From assembly GCA_946625285.1 (NCBI GenBank), contig CAMOSZ010000007.1, positions 1-50,822 of the forward strand: a DNA stretch of 50,822 nt, in the 5' to 3' direction. A model generated the notes under the pieces. That model saw only the letters and a program-made list of their open reading frames with translations, was not told the DNA's origin and ran no database searches. Shown piece after piece: positions 8,575 through 16,322 of the stretch (positions are counted from its first letter, which is position 1; every line of letters begins with the position of its first letter). The position numbers and the translations under genes are program-made. Source of the stretch: an uncultured Bacillales bacterium (lineage in GTDB: Bacteria > Bacillota_I > Bacilli_A > RFN20 > CAG-826).

Positions 8575-9358
8575 GAACTAAACCCCATTCACCAAAGCGA
8601 CGAAACCCGCCAACAGATTTAATGTAGTTTCTAGCGATTTCGACGATTTCACTATATGGTTTACCATCGACATATTCATCACCAATGGCACAACTTAGCT
8701 CAACGACCTTATTTGTCTTTTGGGCTTTTAAGAAGACATAGATATTTATTGACACATCAGCTTTGCTGAGGTCTTTACCATGTAAGCCACCACCAGTGAC
8801 TGAATCAGCCATATCGCTGCCCAATTTTCTGTTAGTCGCTCCCGTATCCACAGCTTCCGTTCCTTGCCAGTTGCCAAGTGGATTTATAACAGCTTTTTTG
8901 AAAATCTTTTTTAAATCGTCAGTATCTGCATTACTTTGACAGATAATAAGGCGGTTTTTATCTAAGACATATTTGCCATCAAAAGGATAGCCGCCGTAGA
9001 TATCCTTAGCGATTTGAGTTAATTTCTTTTGTTCTTCGGTTAAAGGCACTCCACGGAATATGCCATTATCACCGCATCTAATCTTGCCTTGTTGATTAGC
9101 ACTTAGAAGTGGATCTTGTGGAACTTCCCTATAATCGACCTTGACCTTATGGCCAACAATCTCAAATACGGCCTTTTTAATTTCTTTCTTATTTAATTTC
9201 ACGCTTGTTTCCGCGATTATATGACATTTGCCATGTCCAAGAAGGACTTCCACTGCTATTCGTGGATTCTTTTCTTTGCTATATGCCATATCTACCAAAG
9301 CACCAGCAATTGTGTCGCAAAGCTTATCTGGATGCTTAGGATTTACTTTTTCAAACAT
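8564..9358 (-). CDS. metK: short S-adenosylmethionine synthetase (MetK/MAT) homologue, phage-encoded
   Basis: 264 aa with MAT signature blocks: KHPDKLCDTIAGALVD (cf. GHPDK.[AC]DQISD), IRCGDNGIFRG (cf. GAGDQG.MFG), TGGGLHGKDLSKADVS (cf. GGGAFSGKD.[ST]KVDRS). AGGAGG 6 nt upstream of the ATG. Confidence 0.8.
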   Translation of the reverse strand: MFEKVNPKHPDKLCDTIAGALVDMAYSKEKNPRIAVEVLLGHGKCHIIAETSVKLNKKEIKKAVFEIVGHKVKVDYREVPQDPLLSANQQGKIRCGDNGIFRGVPLTEEQKKLTQIAKDIYGGYPFDGKYVLDKNRLIICQSNADTDDLKKIFKKAVINPLGNWQGTEAVDTGATNRKLGSDMADSVTGGGLHGKDLSKADVSINIYVFLKAQKTNKVVELSCAIGDEYVDGKPYSEIVEIARNYIKSVGGFRRFGEWGLVRAK

Positions 9359-9385
9359 AGTTTGCCTCCTTTTTGTTAATTTTGC

Positions 9386-9416
9386 CTATACTGAATAATC
9401 TTATTATTGAGTATAG
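9386..9416. promoter_or_regulatory. 31-bp near-perfect palindrome CTATACTGAATAAT-CTT-ATTATTGAGTATAG upstream of the metK-like gene
   Basis: 14-bp arms with one mismatch and a 3-bp spacer, 28 nt upstream of the metK-like ATG and downstream of the metQ stop. Either an operator or an RNA hairpin. Confidence 0.45.
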
Positions 9417-9511
9417 AGGTAAAAAGGCCCCTAAAAATGGGGTAAAAATACTATTTTCATAGGTATTATTAGACTCATTGGAATACATTCCTAATGAGAC
9501 AAATAATAAAA

Positions 9512-10249
9512 TCAGGCCATGTAGATGACCGAGTCACCGAACTTATTTTCGATATAAGTTTTAATACTTTCCTGCTTTAAAGCTTCAACTAAAACGCTGG
9601 TCTTTTTAGATTCTTGATTTCCGTTTTTCACAGCAATTACATTGGCCATTGTTTTAGCAATATCGGAATTCTTATCTTCAGTGATTAAGCAGCGATTCAC
9701 TACTCCTGCAGATAAAGCGTAGTTGCCATTAATAACTGCATAAGCACAATCGCTTAACATCAATGGAATGTTTTGAGCTTCGACTTGTACGAGATTAGCG
9801 GTTTGCATTCCATTTACTTTTAATAATTCCACCGCTCTATCGTAGTTGCTCTTATCACTAGAAACCAGAACCTTATCATTTGCGGCATAAGCATCTAAGC
9901 TTTTCTTGTTTCCTGAATAAATGCCCATTGGTTCAAAGTGTACATCTAACACTGGAACGAGATGCGTACCATTGCTCGCATTAAATTCATTTAAATAAGG
10001 TTTGTGTTGGAAGTAGTTAGCATCAAGCTCACCGTTTTCTAAAGCATAGTTAGGAAGGACATAATCGTTAAAGACTTTAATGTCTAATTTATAGCCTTCT
10101 TTTTCAATGTAACCTTTGGTTTGTTCTAAGATTAAAGCATGTGGAGTTGAGCTTGCTCCCACCACAATTGTTTTACTATTTTTGTTACATCCTGCTAGCG
10201 TAAGCACAGGCAAGCAGGCAAGAATAAATAATTTCAATGTTTTAAACAT
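9512..10249 (-). CDS. metQ: methionine ABC transporter substrate-binding lipoprotein (MetQ/NlpA family)
   Basis: Signal peptide plus lipobox LTLAGC; NlpA-family body (..YVLPNYALENGELDANYFQHKPYL..). ATG 10249 preferred (GGAGGG 4 nt upstream) over the track start 10261, which has no SD. Confidence 0.85.
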   Translation of the reverse strand: MFKTLKLFILACLPVLTLAGCNKNSKTIVVGASSTPHALILEQTKGYIEKEGYKLDIKVFNDYVLPNYALENGELDANYFQHKPYLNEFNASNGTHLVPVLDVHFEPMGIYSGNKKSLDAYAANDKVLVSSDKSNYDRAVELLKVNGMQTANLVQVEAQNIPLMLSDCAYAVINGNYALSAGVVNRCLITEDKNSDIAKTMANVIAVKNGNQESKKTSVLVEALKQESIKTYIENKFGDSVIYMA

Positions 10250-10881
10250 AAAACCCTCCATAATAAGAATCGAACTAGCAAGTTATTAATTATCTGAATT
10301 AGGCAAACGATAATCACGATGATCACCACGCTTTGTGCGATGATATTCCAATTAAATCTTTGGAAGCCATAAACGATTGCATAGTTTCCTAGACCACCAC
10401 CTCCAACTACTCCAGCCATTGCACTATAACCGATGATGTTTATTAAGGTGATACCAATCGCGTTAACTAAATAAGGCAACTTACATGCCCATTTAATTCT
10501 TACGATAATCTTGAGATTACTTGCTCCATCAATCTTTGCAGCTTCTATGACGTAACCAGGAATCTCAGATAAGATTTCTTCAATCAATCTAGCTTCAAAA
10601 GGAATAGCACATACCGTCAAAGGCACTATCATCGCTGTCGTTCCAATTGCTGTACCGATTAATGCTCGAGTCACAGGAAACATAAAAACGACAAGAAGAA
10701 TAAAAGGTATGCTCCTGCCCACATCAATAATTCGATTAAGAATGAAGTTAACTACCTTATTTGGAAATAATCCTCCTGGTCTTGTTTCGCTGACCATTGA
10801 GCCAATCGGCATCGCAATAATCCAAGATATAACTAAGGAAACACATGACATGTATAAAGTTTCAATCGTTGCATCTAGCAT
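10234..10881 (-). CDS. metI: methionine ABC transporter permease (MetI)
   Basis: 215 aa, multi-TM. Conserved MetI blocks RSIPFILLV, GTAIGTTAMIVPLT, PFEARLIEE, IEAAKIDGAS, GYSAMAGVVGGGGLG. AAGGAG 9 nt upstream. Confidence 0.9.
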   Translation of the reverse strand: MLDATIETLYMSCVSLVISWIIAMPIGSMVSETRPGGLFPNKVVNFILNRIIDVGRSIPFILLVVFMFPVTRALIGTAIGTTAMIVPLTVCAIPFEARLIEEILSEIPGYVIEAAKIDGASNLKIIVRIKWACKLPYLVNAIGITLINIIGYSAMAGVVGGGGLGNYAIVYGFQRFNWNIIAQSVVIIVIIVCLIQIINNLLVRFLLWRVLCLKH

Positions 10882-10946
10882 GTCATCTATCTCCTTTACA
10901 AAGTAAAAGACACCATTTAGGTGCCTATATCAGCTTTGGCTTTAGT

Positions 10947-11381
10947 CTACCAAGCTGTATTTAACCATTTAACAAGTTCTCTAGATGAGTCTGTCGCAAA
11001 CAATGGTTCATCCCAGTGACCTTCGCCATCAGGAGTTCTTCCATAAACCGCATATCTGGTCTTATTCCAGCAGCAGTCTATTTGGATGGTGAACATCACG
11101 TTACCTGTTTCGATATCCGCAAAGCGGAAGTCATCATAAAGTGGTCCATTTAATGGGCAGTTGTTTTTGAACCAGACATACCAGTTTTCTAGGTCAACTT
11201 TCCCACCACGTTTGACTTGTTTAATGATGTTACCCATCTTTTTGGTCTTGTTGGCTAAGCTTGAATCTTTGCAGAACCAGTCATACCAACCGGCTTTGAT
11301 TTGGGTTTTGACGTCATCTGCATCAAAATTACCTTCCATGAATTCATCAATCCAGCGGAAGAGTCTTAAACGGTCCATCAT
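10947..11381 (-). CDS. hypothetical phage protein (Trp/Cys-rich, 144 aa)
   Basis: Long ORF; TAATG coupling to the upstream gene; hairpin plus T-run after its stop (about 10905..10925). No family recognised. Confidence 0.6.
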   Translation of the reverse strand: MMDRLRLFRWIDEFMEGNFDADDVKTQIKAGWYDWFCKDSSLANKTKKMGNIIKQVKRGGKVDLENWYVWFKNNCPLNGPLYDDFRFADIETGNVMFTIQIDCCWNKTRYAVYGRTPDGEGHWDEPLFATDSSRELVKWLNTAW

Positions 11382-11632
11382 TACCAGCCACGCTCCTTTC
11401 TTTCAAAGTCGAAGCAGGAATCACTGTATTTCTTCCAGATTGGATTGTCTTTGATATCCTCATCTTCAAACATGCGGATGTTTGCTCGTACTTCATTAAA
11501 GTAGTTAAGCAGAGCTTCATCGCCCTTTTCTCTCCATATTTCTTTTCCATGATGGAAATAGACATATTCTTGGGTTTTCTTGTTATAACCCAATTGGTTT
11601 TCTTTCCTTTTGCCTTCAGTTACTAGGTACAT
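11381..11632 (-). CDS. hypothetical phage protein (83 aa)
   Basis: Start set at ATG 11632 (TAATG overlap with the upstream stop, GGAGGGGG about 9 nt upstream) rather than the track start 11650. Confidence 0.5.
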   Translation of the reverse strand: MYLVTEGKRKENQLGYNKKTQEYVYFHHGKEIWREKGDEALLNYFNEVRANIRMFEDEDIKDNPIWKKYSDSCFDFERKERGW

Positions 11633-11865
11633 TATTTGAGCCCCCTCCATAAAGGTTTGAGTTCAACAGGTGTGTTTTCATAGTCGATTTCGTCCATACA
11701 AATCGGCTCGTCCGTTTTAAGGGAGTCGATGCAGCCTTGGATTGTATCTAGCCATCTAGCTTCATATCCACCAGTGACATCCTTTGTTTGGTTGGTTACA
11801 CCGGCATCTTTATACCTTTGTAGTAAGGTTTCTAGGCCCTTTTTAGATCTTATTTCTTTTGCCAT
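11632..11865 (-). CDS. hypothetical phage protein (77 aa)
   Basis: ORF with AAGGAGGG SD; first gene after the palindromic operator/promoter at 11899..11925. Confidence 0.5.
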   Translation of the reverse strand: MAKEIRSKKGLETLLQRYKDAGVTNQTKDVTGGYEARWLDTIQGCIDSLKTDEPICMDEIDYENTPVELKPLWRGLK

Positions 11866-11898
11866 ATTGTGACCCTCCTTTTATCTGGTCACTATATA

Positions 11899-11918
11899 TA
11901 TCACTCTTAAGAGTGATA
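11899..11918. promoter_or_regulatory. perfect 20-bp palindrome TATCACTCTTAAGAGTGATA overlapping a putative minus-strand promoter
   Basis: Perfect dyad checked base by base. On the minus strand TTGCTA (11925..11920) lies just upstream and a TATATA/TATAGT run just downstream. 34 nt upstream of the ATG at 11865. Confidence 0.5.
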
Positions 11919-11964
11919 ATAGCAAGTTAATAAGACGCTAATTGATACAATTTCCAGCCACCAA

Positions 11965-12001
11965 TCAGGGCCAAGAAAGGACGAAGAAGAAAAGGCCCTG
12001 A
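11965..12001 (-). terminator. hairpin (8-bp GC-rich stem TCAGGGCC/GGCCCTGA, 21-nt loop) downstream of the methyltransferase gene
   Basis: Seen in sequence. The U-tract is weak (UUGGUGG), so terminator function is uncertain. Confidence 0.35.
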
Positions 12002-12067
12002 CTGATGTGAAAAGGAGGTAAAGTATATGACAGATTCATACACGCAAAAGGAATTGACTTATTTGAC

Positions 12068-13339
12068 TTATCCTAAAAAGGATTCGGTCGCAAAGTCTGG
12101 TATTTCAGAAAGAGGAATTTGCTTCCCATCTCTGAGTAAGTAGCAATCATCATCGCTACCCACAAGTTTTAAGTAACGCTTAACGATAACGTCGACATAT
12201 TTTTCATCGAGTTCCATCAAATAAGCGATCCTTTCAATTTGTTCGCAAGCTATTAAAGTCGTACCACTACCACCAAATAAATCCAATACAAGCTCACCTC
12301 TACGGCTGCTATTTTGAATAAGCTTTGTGACAAGTGGGATTGGCTTCATGGTTGGATGTAGGTCCGAAGCTTGTGGACGGTCGTATTCAAGAATGGTTGT
12401 TTGGGTTCTATCATCAACGAAATAATGAGCTGCTCCCTCACGCCACCCGAACAAAATCGGTTCGTGCATATAATGGTATGGACATCTTCCTAAAACAAAG
12501 TTGTTCTTTTTCCAAATTAAGCATTCAGATAATTTAAACCCTGCTTCTTTAAAAGCTCCACGGAAGTTATAGCCTTCTGTGTCTGCATGGAAGACGTAGA
12601 TAGAACCACCTGGTTTAATGCTGTTATAGAAGTTGACCATGACCTTATCAAGGAATTCCCTAAAGGATGAATCATCCATATCATCATTAAGGATTGTTCT
12701 ATCGGTCATGCCGCAGTCATATCCACCACGTTCTTTGTACTGTTTTCCTTTTTTGCCTATGGCAACGTTATAAGGTGGGTCAGTTTCGATTAAATCGGCC
12801 ACTTTCCCATCCATCAATTTTTCAACGTCTTCTTTTATAGTGGAATCACCACACATTAAGCGGTGTTTTCCTAAGACGTAGATGTCGCCTCTTTTGGAAT
12901 AAGGGTTTTCAGGTAGCTCTTCGTTTTCATCAAAATCATCATCTTTAGTTTCGGTCTTTAAAATCGAATCCAGATCATCAAAACCAAATTGGACCATGTC
13001 GACATCATCAAGGGCTAAAAGTTCTTCCCTTAATAAATCAAAATTCCAATCTGATAATTCACTGGTTTTATTATCGACGATTCTAAATTGACGGATTTGC
13101 TCATCGCTTAAGTCATCCGCAACGATGCAAGGCACTTCATCTAAACCTAACTTATTTGCAGCTTTTAGTCTGGTATGACCAGTAACGATGACATTGTTCT
13201 TATCAATGACAATTGGCACTTTGAAGCCATAGGCTTTAATTGAATTAGCTACAGCATCAACTGCTTTATCGTTATCCCTAGGGTTTTTGTCATAGGGAAC
13301 GAGTTCCTTAGTCTTCTTCATCACTATTGTCACTGGCAT
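12068..13339 (-). CDS. ParB-like nuclease domain fused to a beta-class N6-adenine/N4-cytosine DNA methyltransferase (orphan phage MTase)
   Basis: N-terminus LVPYDKNPRDND...VTGHTRLKAA (ParB/Srx fold); LIETDPPYNV (motif IV) precedes LDLFGGSGTTLIA (motif I). AAGGAGGA 8 nt upstream of ATG 13339. Confidence 0.85.
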   Translation of the reverse strand: MPVTIVMKKTKELVPYDKNPRDNDKAVDAVANSIKAYGFKVPIVIDKNNVIVTGHTRLKAANKLGLDEVPCIVADDLSDEQIRQFRIVDNKTSELSDWNFDLLREELLALDDVDMVQFGFDDLDSILKTETKDDDFDENEELPENPYSKRGDIYVLGKHRLMCGDSTIKEDVEKLMDGKVADLIETDPPYNVAIGKKGKQYKERGGYDCGMTDRTILNDDMDDSSFREFLDKVMVNFYNSIKPGGSIYVFHADTEGYNFRGAFKEAGFKLSECLIWKKNNFVLGRCPYHYMHEPILFGWREGAAHYFVDDRTQTTILEYDRPQASDLHPTMKPIPLVTKLIQNSSRRGELVLDLFGGSGTTLIACEQIERIAYLMELDEKYVDVIVKRYLKLVGSDDDCYLLRDGKQIPLSEIPDFATESFLG

Positions 13340-13811
13340 TTTTCCATTCCTCCTTAGTTGCTTCTAACTTCTTCTCGGCAAGCTCAAGTTCTTCTCGTTT
13401 ATCAGAGAACTGTCTTCCGAATCTTTGCGTTAATAAATAAATGAGTGCATTTAAATTAGGTTCCGATTCGCGTTTAACACGATGAACCTTCTTTTTCGGT
13501 TTACTTCCATCTTGCTTATCTTCTAACCACGTATCTTCTGTGACATAGGTGCTACCCATCGCCACTTTATATAAAGCTGTGAAAGCAGCATCTAAAACGT
13601 AGTCATCTGCATCTTTAAAAGCTTCTTCGATTTCAGGATGTTTCTTTTTTAGCCTAGAAAAGTACGCCTGCTCTAAATGGAGGCGTTCACAGATTTGATA
13701 TTGCGTATATCCTTTTTTAGATAAATCAACGATCAGCTCTCGAACCTTTGGCCACGAATCAACACCGGTAGAAGCTTGCCACTTTTCAAAGGCATCCATT
13801 TTCTTCTTCAT
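13308..13811 (-). CDS. HTH DNA-binding protein (terminase-small-subunit-like / regulator), function uncertain
   Basis: Start moved to ATG 13811 (GGAGGA SD; MKKKMDAFEKW...). Contains KKGYTQYQICERLHLEQAYFSRLKKK, an HTH-like stretch, and an acidic C-terminus. Confidence 0.5.
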   Translation of the reverse strand: MKKKMDAFEKWQASTGVDSWPKVRELIVDLSKKGYTQYQICERLHLEQAYFSRLKKKHPEIEEAFKDADDYVLDAAFTALYKVAMGSTYVTEDTWLEDKQDGSKPKKKVHRVKRESEPNLNALIYLLTQRFGRQFSDKREELELAEKKLEATKEEWKNASDNSDEED

Positions 13812-13962
13812 GGTTGGTCCTCCGAATTGTGTAATAAGCAAAAAACCTACGATTTCTCGCAGGCTTTCTATAGCTTTCGCCAATTCTACATTACAGTATC
13901 ATTTGACTGATTTCAACATATCGCTATGGTTCACAATGGACCATAAAGGTCCAACATGCTAT

Positions 13963-14373
13963 TTACTCATACTCTAAGACATTAATCGCTTCCCAATGCC
14001 ATCTTTTAGCTGTTGATAATGAAACATACATTTTTTCACATATGCTCGTCCACGAATATTCATTAAGGTAACGCATGATAAGAAGGGTTTGATAATCTGC
14101 ATTGTCGAGCTTTTCAATCGCTTTAATCACTTCTGCTTTTGCAGCTTCAAATTCCTCTTCTAACTTTTCGATTTCCTTTTCGACTTCCATGATTTTATCA
14201 ATCCACTTAATGAAAGGTGCTTGGGTGTTTCTGGTTTTTTGAACTAAAGGTTTGTCGTAGTTACCACCAGGAATTGAATTTGCTAACTCTTCGAAAGTTT
14301 GCCTTTTTAGTTGTAGCTGTTCTATACGATGTCGAATTCGCATTGGCTTTTGTAAGAATTCTTTGCTAGTCAT
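13963..14373 (-). CDS. DUF1492-like sigma-70 region-4-type phage transcriptional activator
   Basis: 136 aa. N-terminal helix, coiled coil, then C-terminal ADYQTLLIMRYLNEYSWTSICEKMYVSLSTAKRWHWEAI, matching the DUF1492 late-regulator pattern of Firmicute phages. Confidence 0.7.
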   Translation of the reverse strand: MTSKEFLQKPMRIRHRIEQLQLKRQTFEELANSIPGGNYDKPLVQKTRNTQAPFIKWIDKIMEVEKEIEKLEEEFEAAKAEVIKAIEKLDNADYQTLLIMRYLNEYSWTSICEKMYVSLSTAKRWHWEAINVLEYE

Positions 14374-14375
14374 AA

Positions 14376-15758
14376 CTACTCTCCTTTTAAATCTGCTTTA
14401 ACGGCATCTAATACCGCGTTTTGAACGTCGCTTTTTCCTTGAAGCACTTTTAGTGCGTGTTCATCAATGGTTCCATCAGCGACTAAATGGATAACCACTA
14501 CTGTTGATGCCTTTTGTCCTTGACGATAAAGTCTTGCGTTAGTTTGCTGATAAGCTTCTAAAGAGAAACATAATGAGTACCAAACAATTGTGTTTCCTCC
14601 GCTTTGTAAATTTAAGCCGTGGCCCGCAGACATTGGATGGATAAGACCAACACTAATTTCACCCTTATTCCATCTAGCTATTGATTCATCGCTTTTTATT
14701 TCATCAAATGTGATGTTGGGAATTGTAGAAAGCTTTGCTTTAATCCTTTCTAAATCGTGTTTGAACCAATAGGCACATAGTATCGGCTTTCCATTAGCTT
14801 GTTCGATAATATCCTCTAAGGCATCTAGCTTTTTATCGTGGATATCAACATACTCTTTTGACTCTTCCTCATAGATTGCACCATTAGCTACTTGAAGAAG
14901 TTTATTGGATAACACCGCCGCATTTGCTGCAGTTATTACTTCGCCTTTGATTTCTATAGCTAGTTGCCTTTTGAAATTGCGGTATTTTTTATATTCAGAA
15001 TCAGATAGATAAACCTTATATTCAGTTTTGATTAAGTCAGGCATCTTTAGATGGTCAACGGCATTCATCGAAATTGTAATGTCAGATATTTTCCTAAAAA
15101 TTGCTTCTTCTGCACCACTAATAGGAATGTATTCGAATACGACATTGCCGTTAGATGCACCAGGGATAAAATAAAGGCTTCTGTAGTGAGTGATGAATCT
15201 TCCTAATCGCTGGCCCAGATCTAGTATGCGGTATTCCCCCCAAAGATCAATCAAAGAGTTCGGTGCCGGTGTACCAGTTAATCCTATGATTCTATTTATC
15301 ATCGGTCTAATTTGGCACATGGCTTTAAATCTTTTAGATTTGCCATTCTTAAATGAAGACAATTCATCAATAACAACGGTATCGAAGTCGAAGTCTAGTA
15401 CATGGGTAGAAAACTTCTCTACCAGCCACACCAGATTCTCCCTGTTGATAATGTAGATATCAGCTTGGCTCCTAAAGGCAGCGATTCTTTCTTTTTCAGT
15501 TCCAATCCCCACTGCTACTTTAAGATTTTTAAGATGATCCCATTTCTTTAATTCTTCAGGCCAAGTAATCTTTCCAATTCTTAATGGGGCAATCACAAGA
15601 ACCTTATGAACATCAAAGTAGTCAAACAATAAGTTGTTTAAAGCTGTCAATGTGCAGACAGTTTTACCTAAACCCATATCAAGGAGTAAGGCACTAACCT
15701 TATGACTTTCGATAAAGTTAGCGGCATATTCCTGATAAGAATGCGGAACATAGTTCAT
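14376..15758 (-). CDS. SNF2-family DNA helicase / translocase
   Basis: LLDMGLGKTV (Walker A), VIDELSSFKN (DExx), GLNLQ, RLYRQGQ (motif VI). Confidence 0.88.
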   Translation of the reverse strand: MNYVPHSYQEYAANFIESHKVSALLLDMGLGKTVCTLTALNNLLFDYFDVHKVLVIAPLRIGKITWPEELKKWDHLKNLKVAVGIGTEKERIAAFRSQADIYIINRENLVWLVEKFSTHVLDFDFDTVVIDELSSFKNGKSKRFKAMCQIRPMINRIIGLTGTPAPNSLIDLWGEYRILDLGQRLGRFITHYRSLYFIPGASNGNVVFEYIPISGAEEAIFRKISDITISMNAVDHLKMPDLIKTEYKVYLSDSEYKKYRNFKRQLAIEIKGEVITAANAAVLSNKLLQVANGAIYEEESKEYVDIHDKKLDALEDIIEQANGKPILCAYWFKHDLERIKAKLSTIPNITFDEIKSDESIARWNKGEISVGLIHPMSAGHGLNLQSGGNTIVWYSLCFSLEAYQQTNARLYRQGQKASTVVVIHLVADGTIDEHALKVLQGKSDVQNAVLDAVKADLKGE

Positions 15759-16045
15759 TGTGATTCACCTCCTTTAATTTCATCAATGATGTTGGGTATG
15801 TCTTTTTTGTTATCGAGAACATAGACTTTGAATCCTAATTCTCTTAACTGTTTGATTCTTTTAACTTGAATCGGTCTTGGCTTCTTGCCGGGTGCTTTCA
15901 CTTCCACGAATGCAACGCGACCAATTTTCACCAAGATGATACGGTCCGGATACCCATTAACCGTAGATAGGAACTTAAGTGCTAGACCACCTATTTTCTT
16001 GACTTCCTTGCATAGCTTTTCTTCGATAGATTTTTCTTCTGCCAT
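15755..16045 (-). CDS. VRR-NUC domain nuclease
   Basis: 96 aa; GYPDRIIL...VAFVEVKAPG (D..E.K) pattern. ATGA-type overlap with the SNF2 start. Confidence 0.8.
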   Translation of the reverse strand: MAEEKSIEEKLCKEVKKIGGLALKFLSTVNGYPDRIILVKIGRVAFVEVKAPGKKPRPIQVKRIKQLRELGFKVYVLDNKKDIPNIIDEIKGGESQ

Positions 16046-16055
16046 ATGCTCTCCG

Positions 16056-16322
16056 TGAACAACTGAACGAACAGAACAACTTTTTTCTATATAGTTATAA
16101 ATGTGTGTGTTTCTTATGCGTTTTTACGGCTTTTTCTACTATTTTTAACATTACAGATAGAATTATTGTTCAAGTTGTTCATAGCGGCTTCTAATACAGA
16201 GTATTACTTTACTGAACAACTGCCTGAACAACCATTTTCGTGGATGAAAAAGTTGTTCAGTTGTTCACTATTTTTCGACTTTGACGTAGACGCGTTGTCT
16301 GCCATAGATAGGAAGTTGTTCA
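16056..16322. repeat. iteron cluster: 7 perfect and 3 degenerate copies of TGAACAAC/GTTGTTCA; candidate phage replication origin
   Basis: Perfect copies on the plus strand at 16056, 16213 and 16225. Reverse-complement copies at 16174, 16252, 16260 and 16315. Degenerate copies at 16064, 16073 and 16165. An AT-rich spacer lies at 16081..16160. Sits between the VRR-NUC and primase/helicase genes. Confidence 0.6.

Noticed and set aside
8564-10881. Idea that the metK/metQ/metI block marks the prophage boundary (host DNA)
   Set aside because: Phage genes (HNH/terS on one side; small phage ORFs, ParB-MTase and the replication module on the other) flank it on the same strand with operon-like spacing. 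It is therefore internal cargo.
11161-11565. Overlapping ORFs 11161..11454+ and 11347..11565-
   Set aside because: They are in an alternative frame of, or antisense to, the TAATG-coupled small phage genes, and have no independent signals.
12027-12143. 38-codon plus-strand ORF (MTDSYTQKELTYLTYPKKDSVAKSGISERGICFPSLSK) with an excellent SD (AAAGGAGG, 8-nt spacing)
   Set aside because: Only the SD supports it. It is short, overlaps the 3' end of the methyltransferase gene antisense, and is the sole plus-strand candidate in the phage. Left as unproven; ribosome profiling could revive it.
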